64,000 nt of DNA from a virus. Lineage: Duplodnaviria; Caudoviricetes. The translations under genes and the position numbers were made by a program. The notes below the pieces were generated by a model. It ran no database searches. It was not told the DNA's origin and worked only from the letters and a program-made list of their open reading frames with translations. The first letter of the stretch is position 1; each line of letters starts with the position of its first letter. The stretch is taken from the IMG/VR virus record IMGVR_UViG_3300011008_000032, positions 1 through 64,000 of that record. The stretch is one strand, 5' to 3'. Positions 1 through 9,191 of the stretch are shown piece after piece.

Positions 1-104
1 TTCCTCTACAAGCCACTCAATCACTGTGGCAACACTCTCACCTACTTTTGCCGCCGCTTCGTTTAGTTTTTCAGCTTCGGTATCGTATATGGTTATGTTA
101 GTCA

Positions 105-365
105 TTATTTGCTCCTATCTGCTTCTATGATTGTTGGCGCTGAATTTAAACGCCCTATCATCATTGCATGGTCACGCTCTGTTTTAAAATGTATTCCGCT
201 TAGCGAAATCCTCTCTTCGTCTATCAATCTTCCGTGTCCTTTGGGTAAGACAGCGCCGTTAATTATTGCATGACTGATTACTTCACCATCTTCATCATAG
301 ATAAATCCATTTTTAATAACATCTTGATAAATTTCTTCGGGTACATTAATCACTATCTCCTGCAT
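105..365 (-). CDS. hypothetical phage protein
   Basis: 86-aa ORF co-oriented with neighbours, RBS-like GGAGA upstream; N-terminus resembles the small ORF at 7533-7709. Confidence 0.75.
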   Translation of the reverse strand: MQEIVINVPEEIYQDVIKNGFIYDEDGEVISHAIINGAVLPKGHGRLIDEERISLSGIHFKTERDHAMMIGRLNSAPTIIEADRSK

Positions 366-453
366 CTTGCAATCTCCTTATTTTGTACATATGCCCACGA
401 TCAATACCTTATCCTTTAATTTCTCTCTTTATCCACTAAATAAAAACAGGATT

Positions 454-831
454 TTATTTTGCCTTGTCTATCAGATACTTATAATATGGATTTGCGTTGT
501 CTATATCTCCTTCGCAAACTCTTTTAATAATCTCACCTTCAATTTCCCCATCAAATATATCATGATCATACCACTCTAATGTATCAGCATAGTCAATTAA
601 CCACATCATATCTAATTTTTTACACGTAGCTTTAAATGCTTCTTCCCAGCCAAGAGTAGAAGAGTCAAGATCATAATACTTATTACCTTCACCATCATCC
701 CATTTAAAGAAAATATGAATTCCAAATACAGAAAGTAACTCTCCGGCCATTGCAAAATAAAAATAAGCCGGTATTTTATTTAATATCTCTTCAGGTATTT
801 CATATTCTACATGTCCATTTACTATTGGCAT
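454..831 (-). CDS. hypothetical phage protein
   Basis: 125-aa ORF with AGGGGAG upstream of ATG. Confidence 0.75.
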   Translation of the reverse strand: MPIVNGHVEYEIPEEILNKIPAYFYFAMAGELLSVFGIHIFFKWDDGEGNKYYDLDSSTLGWEEAFKATCKKLDMMWLIDYADTLEWYDHDIFDGEIEGEIIKRVCEGDIDNANPYYKYLIDKAK

Positions 832-845
832 AATTTATACTCCCC

Positions 846-1022
846 TTATCCTCTATTGAACCAAACCACTACGATAAAAAATACAAATACAAACAAAACA
901 AATGAAATCCATATTGGGCTTAAAACCCACAACCACGACCAATTAATTATTCCCACTAATTTCAATACAATAAATATAATTCCGAGAATAATACCTAAAT
1001 TAAATCTAACATCAATTTTCAT
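846..1022 (-). CDS. small two-helix membrane protein (LKL.G.I.WSW.WVLSP.W type), below ORF-track cut-off
   Basis: Manual translation MKIDVRFNLGIILGIIFIVLKLVGIINWSWLWVLSPIWISFVLFVFVFFIVVVWFNRG; RBS GGGAGAAG; directly downstream of the promoter at 1049-1077. Confidence 0.75.
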   Translation of the reverse strand: MKIDVRFNLGIILGIIFIVLKLVGIINWSWLWVLSPIWISFVLFVFVFFIVVVWFNRG

Positions 1023-1048
1023 TTCTTCTCCCTTCTTTAATTAAGATA

Positions 1049-1077
1049 ACTATATCATACAATACGGCCTTAGTCAA
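1049..1077 (-). promoter_or_regulatory. sigmaA-type promoter TTGACT-17-TATAGT with TG extension
   Basis: Reverse complement reads TTGACT aaggccgtattgtatga TATAGT. Confidence 0.7.
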
Positions 1078-2032
1078 GACCGTATTTTATACAATATCTC
1101 CTCAGGCTTGGAATTCGTCCATATCTATATATCATTTCTTTATTTGTTAATGCTGTATGTAGATCCATTCCGCTTTCCCTAAGTTCTTTTATCATTTCCA
1201 GTCGTCCAGATTCCTTAAGTGAACCAACAGTAAAAGCAAAACAGTTAGTTTTATCGATCATTGCATCCAATCTCCGGTTAATTGTCTTATGTCTTTGATG
1301 ATCTGTGTCAACCGTAGAGTTAGATAACCTTTTAATTACCCTGGTGTCTGTTGACAAATAATATTTATTTGGCTTTTTAGTCAAAGAATTATAAAAGTTA
1401 TATTCATTTGCACTTTCAAAACACCAGTTCATTAATTTCTCTGAAATTTTAAGCTCTCTACCTCCATATAATTTAATCATTTGCGTTTTTTCATTGATAT
1501 CTTCGGGTTCCATATGGTTCAATTCGACAAGTTCCTTACCGGCTATACCTTCAAATAGCGCTAAGGCTATAACTTTATCAGAAACATTCTCAATAGCTTC
1601 GCTTTCCAGTATATCTATCAGTTCTTTCCTCGTAATTATTCTGTTCTGCACCAAACCATAGTTAACACACTTCGCCAAAGTAGAATTATCAATTTCCGCA
1701 TAATGATTTTGATTATCCTTAACCATCTTTTTGTTTAATGCATAAACAGTATATAGTTTGAACTGATTATTCATAACCATTAGAGATTCTAAAGACGGAG
1801 TACTGAGCCATTTATAGAATTCTATAATTTCTTTAGTTGTAAAATCATATAAATCCTTTCCAAGCTTATATTCAATAGGTTTTATACGTCTAAAAAGCAC
1901 ATCTACTGTCGTTTTTACATGAATATTTCTTGGTTGAACTTCTTGTAAATACTGAAATTTAAAATCTTCATTATAGAACCAGTCTCCCATTGCGTCACAC
2001 CTCCTTTTCAAGGTGTTCACGATAGAACTCAT
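1070..2032 (-). CDS. catalytically degenerate tyrosine-recombinase-fold protein; SPbeta YopR/MrpR(SroF)-like lysogeny repressor
   Basis: Core-binding-like N-terminus; DKVIALALFEGIAG lacks the box I Arg; no HxxR; last gene of the recombinase-DndB-pseudo-recombinase triad as in SPbeta yopP-yopQ-yopR. Confidence 0.7.
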   Translation of the reverse strand: MSSIVNTLKRRCDAMGDWFYNEDFKFQYLQEVQPRNIHVKTTVDVLFRRIKPIEYKLGKDLYDFTTKEIIEFYKWLSTPSLESLMVMNNQFKLYTVYALNKKMVKDNQNHYAEIDNSTLAKCVNYGLVQNRIITRKELIDILESEAIENVSDKVIALALFEGIAGKELVELNHMEPEDINEKTQMIKLYGGRELKISEKLMNWCFESANEYNFYNSLTKKPNKYYLSTDTRVIKRLSNSTVDTDHQRHKTINRRLDAMIDKTNCFAFTVGSLKESGRLEMIKELRESGMDLHTALTNKEMIYRYGRIPSLRRYCIKYGLD

Positions 2033-3254
2033 TTACTCTTGTTATTACTCTAGTTGTAATCGGCATTCCTTTGTGCCCTAAAGCTATTCTCCACTCTTCT
2101 TTTTCGCACATCATATTAGTTTGCTTTTCTATAACCTCAAGTAATTTCTCTTCAGGCACAAATTCATTTTTCATTAAGACAAAAGCAACGACTGTAAACT
2201 CGTAATCCCATCTCCTATCAAAAATATCGGGATTTTGATATAAAAGAAGATTAAATTTCTCTATTAACTTATCTTTAACCTCTATAATTTGTTTTCTCGT
2301 TATAACTTTAGTAGTATTAAACCAAAGTTTATCAATTAAATTGGATGCAAGACCCTGATCTATGATTCCCTCGTTTCTTCCGATGATATTTTTAAGTAAA
2401 CCGGTTTGATTTATAATATTTATAATCTGATTGGCCGGTGAATTCTGATTCAACGAGTCAGAATCTAGTTTCCGCATCTTAGTCTTCTGATCTTCCTGCC
2501 AAATAAACTGTTTTGCGGTCTCTTCACTGAAACAAACCACTCTGAGTTCCATTTCATAATCAAAATTACTATCTTGATTGAAAATATTAGACATGGCTAT
2601 GTATCTATGATATCCGTCAAGGATATCAAGACGATCTGTTTCTTTAATTGTAAGTATACCATCAGAATATTTAAAATCTGCAGCCTCTGGAATATTAAGA
2701 GTAATTGTATTAGGAATATATTGACCTTCTGTGTATGATTTAATGATAGCGTCAACCGCATTTCTGTTTAGATAGATCTGGTAGTATTCATAGTCTCCGC
2801 TACCGACTCTTTTAAGTGTTCTTTGCGTTCTTTCGTTATAATTTATAAGCTGAGCATCCCGGAGTTGCATTAATTCTTTAACAGATATCTTCCCGATCCA
2901 CTGGGATCCCTCAACTACCTCAACCATTTGCCATTTAATAGGGAAAGAAAACTTTAAAGGCTTATACTTAGTAGTTTCATACTCTTTAATTTCTCTAGCA
3001 GAGAAAAATTCTTCAGGATCTAGCTTTTTTGTTTCCTTATTGATTTCATTTATACTTTTAAGGAAGTAAAACAGCATACGATCGGAATGATCGGCCATTT
3101 GTTTGCGCAACTGAATAGTATCAGTTACTTCTATGACAGGAAAGCCTTCCTTAACCATGTAATCTGTAATTTCTCTGAGTTCTTTTTTATTTCTTAATCT
3201 CTTTCCACATTCTCTGGTTAAATATTTAACTAATTCATCTTTAGAACCTTTCAT
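1995..3254 (-). CDS. DndB/DGQHR-family (ParB-like fold) protein; SPbeta YopQ(SroE)-like
   Basis: Motifs YNERTQR, PNTITLN, ILDGYHR; start revised to ATG 3254 behind AAAGGAGG. Confidence 0.75.
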   Translation of the reverse strand: MKGSKDELVKYLTRECGKRLRNKKELREITDYMVKEGFPVIEVTDTIQLRKQMADHSDRMLFYFLKSINEINKETKKLDPEEFFSAREIKEYETTKYKPLKFSFPIKWQMVEVVEGSQWIGKISVKELMQLRDAQLINYNERTQRTLKRVGSGDYEYYQIYLNRNAVDAIIKSYTEGQYIPNTITLNIPEAADFKYSDGILTIKETDRLDILDGYHRYIAMSNIFNQDSNFDYEMELRVVCFSEETAKQFIWQEDQKTKMRKLDSDSLNQNSPANQIINIINQTGLLKNIIGRNEGIIDQGLASNLIDKLWFNTTKVITRKQIIEVKDKLIEKFNLLLYQNPDIFDRRWDYEFTVVAFVLMKNEFVPEEKLLEVIEKQTNMMCEKEEWRIALGHKGMPITTRVITRVNEFYREHLEKEV

Positions 3255-3293
3255 ATGCCCACCTCCTTTTTGATTTGTTTCTTTTGTGTTTTC

Positions 3294-3323
3294 ATTATAA
3301 AACAAAAACTATAATTTTGTCAA
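3294..3323 (-). promoter_or_regulatory. sigmaA-type promoter TTGACA-18-TATAAT carrying the repeated TACTTGACAAAATTA element
   Basis: Perfect -35/-10 hexamers upstream of the DndB-like gene. Confidence 0.75.
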
Positions 3324-3339
3324 GTATCCGTTTATACCA

Positions 3340-4326
3340 TCAAAATATAATGTTTTTCATTATTTCCGCAGCAGCTTTACCGGTTTTATTTTTTTGACCT
3401 CTTATATATAACTCCGTTGTTTTAGGATTAGTATGACCCATACATTTCTGTACAAAATATATGTCATTCGTCTTGTTATATAATATAGTTCCATACGTTG
3501 CTCTTAATTTATGAGGAGTTATATTTTTATCTTTTATATCTGTAGCATATTTCTTTACAATTCTAGCTATACTAGATTGATCCATTCTTTTTCTTTGATT
3601 AGATAAAAATAAAGCATCTTCTTCAATTCCATTTAATATATTTTCTCTTTTTTCAAGCCACCTTTCTATATATTTGTCTAAATTATCAGAAAAAGAATAC
3701 TCTCTAACTTTTCCACGCTTTTCTGTTACAACTATCATATGATTATTGATATCAATATTATCAACATCTAATTTATATAACGCAGAACATCTCATGCCGG
3801 TATTTATTAATAATAATACTATAAGTAAATCTCTTTCTTTCCAATTATTCTGGAAAGATTTTGCTCTTTTAGTTCCAACTCCATTATTAACTGCATTTAT
3901 TAACTTTTTTATTTCTTCATTTGTTAAAAAACCTTTTTCCCTACGTTCTATAGTAGACATTTTTTCCGTTGGATCTGGTCTTTTAACAGAAAGCATATAA
4001 TCTTTATTTGCTTTATCAGATACATACATATAATTCGAAAATCGTTTTAATGCAGAATAAACTGATATTTGATACGACGGAGTTTTCCGTTCTATTGTAC
4101 TTATAAAATCTGTATATCTATCAAGATTAATTATATTCAGATTCCAATTATTATAATTTAAAAAACTAATAATATGTAATAAATAATTATACTTTGTAGA
4201 CAAAGATGTGCTGCTTCCTAAGAAATTGATAAATCCTTTAAGTATTAATTTATTTTCTTTATTGCTATCAATTAAATTATTTATCTTATTCAGATACTGA
4301 TTATCATAATCATTATTTCCGGTCAT
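3340..4326 (-). CDS. tyrosine recombinase (XerC/D-like), SPbeta YopP(SroD)-like
   Basis: Complete catalytic set NTGMR...EKRGK...TPHKLR...MGHTNPKTTELY; start revised to ATG 4326 behind GAGGAGG. Confidence 0.9.
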   Translation of the reverse strand: MTGNNDYDNQYLNKINNLIDSNKENKLILKGFINFLGSSTSLSTKYNYLLHIISFLNYNNWNLNIINLDRYTDFISTIERKTPSYQISVYSALKRFSNYMYVSDKANKDYMLSVKRPDPTEKMSTIERREKGFLTNEEIKKLINAVNNGVGTKRAKSFQNNWKERDLLIVLLLINTGMRCSALYKLDVDNIDINNHMIVVTEKRGKVREYSFSDNLDKYIERWLEKRENILNGIEEDALFLSNQRKRMDQSSIARIVKKYATDIKDKNITPHKLRATYGTILYNKTNDIYFVQKCMGHTNPKTTELYIRGQKNKTGKAAAEIMKNIIF

Positions 4327-4327
4327 A

Positions 4328-4468
4328 TTAATCATCCTCCTCTTCATCATCTTCTTCTATATGAGATGGATATCGTGGCTTATAATTTGGATCATTATTT
4401 ACTTTCTTTAATTCATTATTTAAAAATTCCAAATCTTTAACAACTCTGTTTAAATCCTTTTTATTCAA
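4328..4468 (-). CDS. 46-aa acidic-tailed microprotein
   Basis: TTG start behind AAGGAGG; MNKKDLNRVVKDLEFLNNELKKVNNDPNYKPRYPSHIEEDDEEEDD; stop abuts recombinase start. Confidence 0.6.
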   Translation of the reverse strand: MNKKDLNRVVKDLEFLNNELKKVNNDPNYKPRYPSHIEEDDEEEDD

Positions 4469-4787
4469 TATTAAGTACCTCCTTAAACGCCGTTTCTAAA
4501 TCAAATGTGTTATCATCATTTTCCTTTATGGCTTGTGCTATATCGCAATACTTAAATATTTTTATCTCATCATAATCATCTGTTGGAATTCCATACTCAA
4601 TCCATTCGCCATCTTCATATTCATATGACCCTATATATTTTAAATGACATTTGCAATACTTATCATATTTTCCGTATATTTCATCAATAACCCAGGCGCA
4701 TGTATAGTTTTCGTGAACGATATAATCCCCAACTTTTAATTGAGATATAATTTTTTCATAATCAATTTCACTTTTTTTATTAATCAT
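4461..4787 (-). CDS. hypothetical phage protein
   Basis: 108-aa ORF in tightly packed operon. Confidence 0.75.
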   Translation of the reverse strand: MINKKSEIDYEKIISQLKVGDYIVHENYTCAWVIDEIYGKYDKYCKCHLKYIGSYEYEDGEWIEYGIPTDDYDEIKIFKYCDIAQAIKENDDNTFDLETAFKEVLNIE

Positions 4788-4788
4788 T

Positions 4789-5130
4789 TTATTTCACCTG
4801 AAATAATCTTTCTCTGTCATAAAAACCTTGATCTTCTTCAAATATATCTTCATCAGAATCATATGTAATAAATTCTTCGTTTTGACTTATAAAATCTTTA
4901 AGCTTCAATAACGCTTTATCATAATCTAATTCTCTTACAAAAAATAACTTTGTTTTCTGTTTAGTATATCTTATTACAGTTCCAACATTAGGATACACAT
5001 CATATATTTCTTCTTCAGATAAATTTGCATTTGATATAATACTCTTAATGTCTGCATTATTTTTTAACTCTTTATTAGAAGAAATATAATTTAATAAATC
5101 AGACAACAATTTTGTTTTATTATCAATCAT
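4789..5130 (-). CDS. hypothetical phage protein
   Basis: 113-aa ORF, overlaps previous stop/start. Confidence 0.7.
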   Translation of the reverse strand: MIDNKTKLLSDLLNYISSNKELKNNADIKSIISNANLSEEEIYDVYPNVGTVIRYTKQKTKLFFVRELDYDKALLKLKDFISQNEEFITYDSDEDIFEEDQGFYDRERLFQVK

Positions 5131-5765
5131 AACACCGACACCTCTCCATTTCTATAAAACTTATATGGATTATTAGGATCTCTATATTTAGAATTTTCTC
5201 TTTTAATTATCTCTGAAACCATATCATCTGTTAAGTATTCTTTTCCTTCTCTCTTATTTTTTTCATTATTCTCAACTTCCCAATCTGTTAATCTTACTAG
5301 ATTTCCAGTTTTAACATCCATATAAAAGCAAAGATAATGATATTTTTCAACCTCAACATTTCTAGCACAATATATATCACCGGTTGTTCTATCTTGAAAC
5401 CTAAAACCTTCTGCATCTCTACGTCTCACTGATGCATCTTTACATGAATATCCGGTTAATTGCGTTACAGTTCCCGGAGCCTTCATTCTTTCTTCTTCAT
5501 TAAAGTTCCTAACAACTTGACCATATTGATTTGTTTGAATGAGATCTCCGAAACAATCTCTAGATGTAAAACATAATTCTCCATTTAATTTTCTTTCACG
5601 ACCAAGCCAGTCTATATAAGTTTCTCTTTTAGGATTATATGTTCTTTTTATACATTCTTTATTATTTTTCCTATATTCATGATCATTTCCAATTCTAGAT
5701 ATAATATTAGCTATTAGTAAAAACAATCCAAATCCACTAAAACCACCAATAATAACTGGCAACAT
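5127..5765 (-). CDS. hypothetical protein with N-terminal transmembrane helix
   Basis: MLPVIIGGFSGFGLFLLIANII hydrophobic start; RBS AAGGAGG. Confidence 0.75.
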   Translation of the reverse strand: MLPVIIGGFSGFGLFLLIANIISRIGNDHEYRKNNKECIKRTYNPKRETYIDWLGRERKLNGELCFTSRDCFGDLIQTNQYGQVVRNFNEEERMKAPGTVTQLTGYSCKDASVRRRDAEGFRFQDRTTGDIYCARNVEVEKYHYLCFYMDVKTGNLVRLTDWEVENNEKNKREGKEYLTDDMVSEIIKRENSKYRDPNNPYKFYRNGEVSVL

Positions 5766-5766
5766 T

Positions 5767-5997
5767 TTAATCGCCTCCTTCTAATTCTATTCTGCCTTCT
5801 CGAAATTCATATATCTCACCGGGACTAGCAAGTTCGCACCAACTTGCAGCATCTGCAGCTATCTCGTGATCTCCATCTGTTACTCTCATTATCTTACTAT
5901 AAATCATATCATAATAAGAAGCATCGCAGATAAGATCCATGTGTCCTTTGCTCAATCCGTTTTCATTTATAAGTATCTTAGCTTTTATTTCACTCAA
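5767..5997 (-). CDS. hypothetical phage protein
   Basis: 76-aa ORF, RBS AGGAGAAG, TTG start. Confidence 0.7.
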   Translation of the reverse strand: MSEIKAKILINENGLSKGHMDLICDASYYDMIYSKIMRVTDGDHEIAADAASWCELASPGEIYEFREGRIELEGGD

Positions 5998-6016
5998 AGC
6001 TTCTCCTCCTATTATA

Positions 6017-6214
6017 TCACAGACTTCCTGAGTTTATATATATGCTTCTCATTACAGACAACGCCGCATCAAGCCACTCTCCATCCGATAACCACTCGGG
6101 ATCTGTATCATTATCTGTCGCGTTTTCAAAATCAGATAAGAAATTTCCCAACTGTTTATATAAATCTTCTTTAATTAAATAATATTTACTTCCTTCATTA
6201 ACTGTTATTGTCAT
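6017..6214 (-). CDS. hypothetical phage protein
   Basis: 65-aa ORF with RBS. Confidence 0.65.
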   Translation of the reverse strand: MTITVNEGSKYYLIKEDLYKQLGNFLSDFENATDNDTDPEWLSDGEWLDAALSVMRSIYINSGSL

Positions 6215-6229
6215 ATTTTCCCTTTCTTA

Positions 6230-6490
6230 CTATAAGTATAATTCTTCAAGAATTTTGGTCACCGCTATATCTTTTTCTGTTAAATCAAGTCCGTCTATAT
6301 TTTCTCTCCACTGTATTAAAGCTCTATCACCTTCACAAAGAATATAAAATCCTACAATCTGATCGACCGTAGCAGTGTCTTCGAATTCATATGTTGCCTG
6401 AGTACCGTCATAATCGGGATCGTTTTCGTATTTCTTTACTAGTTCGTTTATACGAGTCTTGTAAATATTTACATATTCTTCTTTTGTCAC
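6230..6490 (-). CDS. hypothetical phage protein
   Basis: 86-aa ORF, RBS AAGGAGG, directly downstream of promoter 6511-6539. Confidence 0.7.
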   Translation of the reverse strand: MTKEEYVNIYKTRINELVKKYENDPDYDGTQATYEFEDTATVDQIVGFYILCEGDRALIQWRENIDGLDLTEKDIAVTKILEELYL

Positions 6491-6510
6491 AACCTCGTCC
6501 CTCCTTGTAT

Positions 6511-6539
6511 ATTATATACTATACTTTTAATTTAGTCAA
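6511..6539 (-). promoter_or_regulatory. sigmaA-type promoter TTGACT-17-TATAAT carrying TACTTGACTAAATTA element
   Basis: Reverse complement cTTGACT aaattaaaagtatagta TATAAT. Confidence 0.8.
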
Positions 6540-6542
6540 GTA

Positions 6543-7148
6543 TTATTTAAGCTTTTCATTTATTACTTTGTTTCCCTTCTTATAACACTTATGACAAGCG
6601 AGACAACTTCTGGCCCCACAATTTATATTTATTCCTTCTTTATCTATAGTTTCTTTATCGTAAACCGTAAACACCTTATCAACATAAGGCATATTACTTA
6701 TATCTATCTGCTTATTAAGCATAAGACTTGATACTATTATCTGAAGATTCTTTGGTTTCTGATCTGCTACTTCTGCTACGATCCAGGGATTCTTTGTCCA
6801 CAATGCAAAGTGTACATCCGGATTCTTTTTACATATATTAAAGTAATTTACTAACTGTGTAGAGTTATGAAGATCTCCGAATGATTCAAATCTAAAGTAG
6901 CAAGCATTTATAATAGGAAGATCCTCGTTAGGAATAATTCCTTTAGTTAAGATTTCCGCATTCTTTTCAAATGCTGCAGACATATTTTTATACATCTTCA
7001 TTTGTCTTTGAGCATAACATTTCTGACACACACTACCTTCAATTTTTGCATTCTTTTTGCAATTTGGATTTGTTTTACAGCTTGTACTAAGGCTCTGCAT
7101 TCCAGTCATCTTACCGGTGTGTTTAGTTGTAATATGTAATTCGTTCAT
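6543..7148 (-). CDS. gp88-like Cys-rich protein (degenerate radical-SAM-like)
   Basis: SCKTNPNC...CQKCYA, FRFESFGDL, FALWTKN, NCGARSCLACHKCY; start revised to ATG 7148 behind GGAGG. Confidence 0.55.
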   Translation of the reverse strand: MNELHITTKHTGKMTGMQSLSTSCKTNPNCKKNAKIEGSVCQKCYAQRQMKMYKNMSAAFEKNAEILTKGIIPNEDLPIINACYFRFESFGDLHNSTQLVNYFNICKKNPDVHFALWTKNPWIVAEVADQKPKNLQIIVSSLMLNKQIDISNMPYVDKVFTVYDKETIDKEGININCGARSCLACHKCYKKGNKVINEKLK

Positions 7149-7218
7149 TCTTTTCCTCCAATTAAAAAGAAGATGATTAATAATCATCTTCAATCTTCTC
7201 GTTACTTATCTGTATAAT

Positions 7219-7416
7219 TTAAGCAATCACAAACTTTGCGCTTAGTCCTCTGAATTCACAATGCTCTTGTATCTCGGACATAATTCCGAACAATTCTTCT
7301 TTTGGAAAATCATCAAAGTTAAAATTATCATCAAAAGCATAGTGCATATGTTTACATTCAATTTGAAGATTTCCGTCAAAATATTGTGATATGATAAATC
7401 TCAACTCATCGTTCAT
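7219..7416 (-). CDS. hypothetical phage protein
   Basis: Probable start MNDELRF behind GGAAAGTGAG; ORF-track start 7482 is likely too long. Confidence 0.55.
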   Translation of the reverse strand: MNDELRFIISQYFDGNLQIECKHMHYAFDDNFNFDDFPKEELFGIMSEIQEHCEFRGLSAKFVIA

Positions 7417-7532
7417 TCTTATTCTCACTTTCCTTTGGATTATCCCACCAATGACAGTTACTACAATTGCCATCACATTCAACAGTTCCGTAAACTATCT
7501 CCGTTATGCAGCCCATCTATCATTCCTCACTT

Positions 7533-7709
7533 TCAGCCGTTCAATATTTCATTTTCCCAATTATAATTATCAATGTCGTACTTCTTGTCAGGTACAGGTA
7601 TACCGTTTGCTATTACTTCAAATGGTATCTGAACAACATTCTCATACCGAACGTCTATTATCTTGGATGCTTTATATATTTCTTCGGGTATATCAATTAT
7701 CAGTTTCAT
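7533..7709 (-). CDS. 58-aa hypothetical protein, paralog-like to 105-365
   Basis: Manual translation MKLIIDIPEEIYKASKIIDVRYENVVQIPFEVIANGIPVPDKKY...; RBS GTGAGGA. Confidence 0.65.
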   Translation of the reverse strand: MKLIIDIPEEIYKASKIIDVRYENVVQIPFEVIANGIPVPDKKYDIDNYNWENEILNG

Positions 7710-7728
7710 TCATTCCTCACTCTCTACA

Positions 7729-7965
7729 TTATCTGTAAATATTGATAATCACATAAGGCTTTCTTCCGTCAGTTCTTTGCGAATACTGCAACTTGATGTC
7801 TTTTATTTCTGCATATCTATCGCCTATATCTACTAGTAGCTCAGCATTATTAGGGAGTGCCGATAATAGATTTAATAATTCTTCTTTATTCATTTCTCTA
7901 AAATTTTCCTTTCTATAATACTTGCCACGCCTCATAATAAGTTCCGTTTTCCGGATCGTCCTCAT
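7729..7965 (-). CDS. hypothetical phage protein
   Basis: ORF; true start probably the internal MNKEELL. Confidence 0.55.
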   Translation of the reverse strand: MRTIRKTELIMRRGKYYRKENFREMNKEELLNLLSALPNNAELLVDIGDRYAEIKDIKLQYSQRTDGRKPYVIINIYR

Positions 7966-8109
7966 CTAATTCAATATTTCGTTCCATATTACACAACTCC
8001 AGTATCACCGCATCCATATCTGTTACACCTTCAAGAAGTAAATATCTCTTCTTTATATCAGGATGATTAACAACTTCGCGGATTAGCTTCATTAATTTTT
8101 CCTCCTATT

Positions 8110-8304
8110 TTATTCCTTCACATATACTTCTTCAGTTCTTATTTCTTTTCTATATCCCGGTTCTACATCATAAGAAATATAATAATCACAAGCATCATTT
8201 ACCTTTTCTGCAATCTCTTCATCAGTTGCATCATCTTCAACATAGAATTCAAAAAAATGACAACCTAATGGTCTGACATCAATGCGCCCGCTTATTTTCT
8301 TCAT
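8110..8304 (-). CDS. hypothetical phage protein
   Basis: 64-aa ORF with AAAGGAG RBS. Confidence 0.7.
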   Translation of the reverse strand: MKKISGRIDVRPLGCHFFEFYVEDDATDEEIAEKVNDACDYYISYDVEPGYRKEIRTEEVYVKE

Positions 8305-8533
8305 TACATTCTCCTTTCATAAAAACATTATTTCATTTATATATAACTCTTTACAACGTCAATACATTCATCCAACATGTCATTTTCCGCTTCATACTTC
8401 TGTCTCAACATGCCAGTCGGGTCACAATATTGGCATTCAATATCAACATCAATACGGAGTCCATCTAATTCATCAATTATCTTCTGTAATATTTCGTTCA
8501 TAACTAATCTCCTTTCCTTGATAAAACCTTGTT

Positions 8534-8725
8534 TTATTCAACCTCGTAAGCTTCGCCTCCAACCACATATGTACCTTCATCATATGTGTCATACTCATTG
8601 GCCAATGAGTATTCATCTCTGTTCAACTTTTTGTTTACTATATTTTCAGCTTCATCCGGAGAATCAGCTTCTACATCTACCGTATGATACTGATAAGATG
8701 ACAGTGTTACTCTGTACTTTGCCAT
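8534..8725 (-). CDS. small DpnD/PcfM-like protein
   Basis: MAKYRVTL....HTVDVEADSPDEAENIV pattern. Confidence 0.5.
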   Translation of the reverse strand: MAKYRVTLSSYQYHTVDVEADSPDEAENIVNKKLNRDEYSLANEYDTYDEGTYVVGGEAYEVE

Positions 8726-8753
8726 ATTACTTCCTTTCCTTATAAAAATCTTA

Positions 8754-9158
8754 TTATATAGATTCCCATGTCAACTTATTATTTGCCACTCCTTCTTTTA
8801 ATTCAGGATCTTCTGCAACCAGTTCATCAAACTGTTTTACAATACCATCAAGTGTTTCTTCATAAGTGTCTTTGAGATAACCATAAAATCCAGAGACGCA
8901 GTCATACGGAATTCCATTTATATTTCCATATCCTGTATCCTTACCAAGAAGAAAGAATTTACAATCAATCACATACTTCCCACCATAGCAGTAATCTTCT
9001 CCATCATAGCCAGGATCTTCGAGAATGATAATGTCACAGCATACAGAACCTTCCATAATCTGTCCGAGAAAGTCGTTATAATTTTCATATTTTCCCGTTG
9101 TAATTACACGCTTGAAATAATCATAATCCTTTTTGGTAAATGTTATTTTCTTTTTCAT
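8754..9158 (-). CDS. hypothetical phage protein
   Basis: 134-aa ORF with AAAGGAAA RBS. Confidence 0.75.
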   Translation of the reverse strand: MKKKITFTKKDYDYFKRVITTGKYENYNDFLGQIMEGSVCCDIIILEDPGYDGEDYCYGGKYVIDCKFFLLGKDTGYGNINGIPYDCVSGFYGYLKDTYEETLDGIVKQFDELVAEDPELKEGVANNKLTWESI

Positions 9159-9191
9159 ATTAGTTTTCCTTTCATGAAATCTTGGTTTTAT

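Noticed and set aside
4328-4468. Apparent frameshifted micro-ORF upstream of the recombinase
   Set aside because: Recounting the A-run shows a single uninterrupted 46-codon frame; no frameshift.
4461-6500. Arbitrium aimR/aimP upstream of the sro-like triad
   Set aside because: No ~380-aa TPR protein and no short signal-peptide pro-peptide gene are present.
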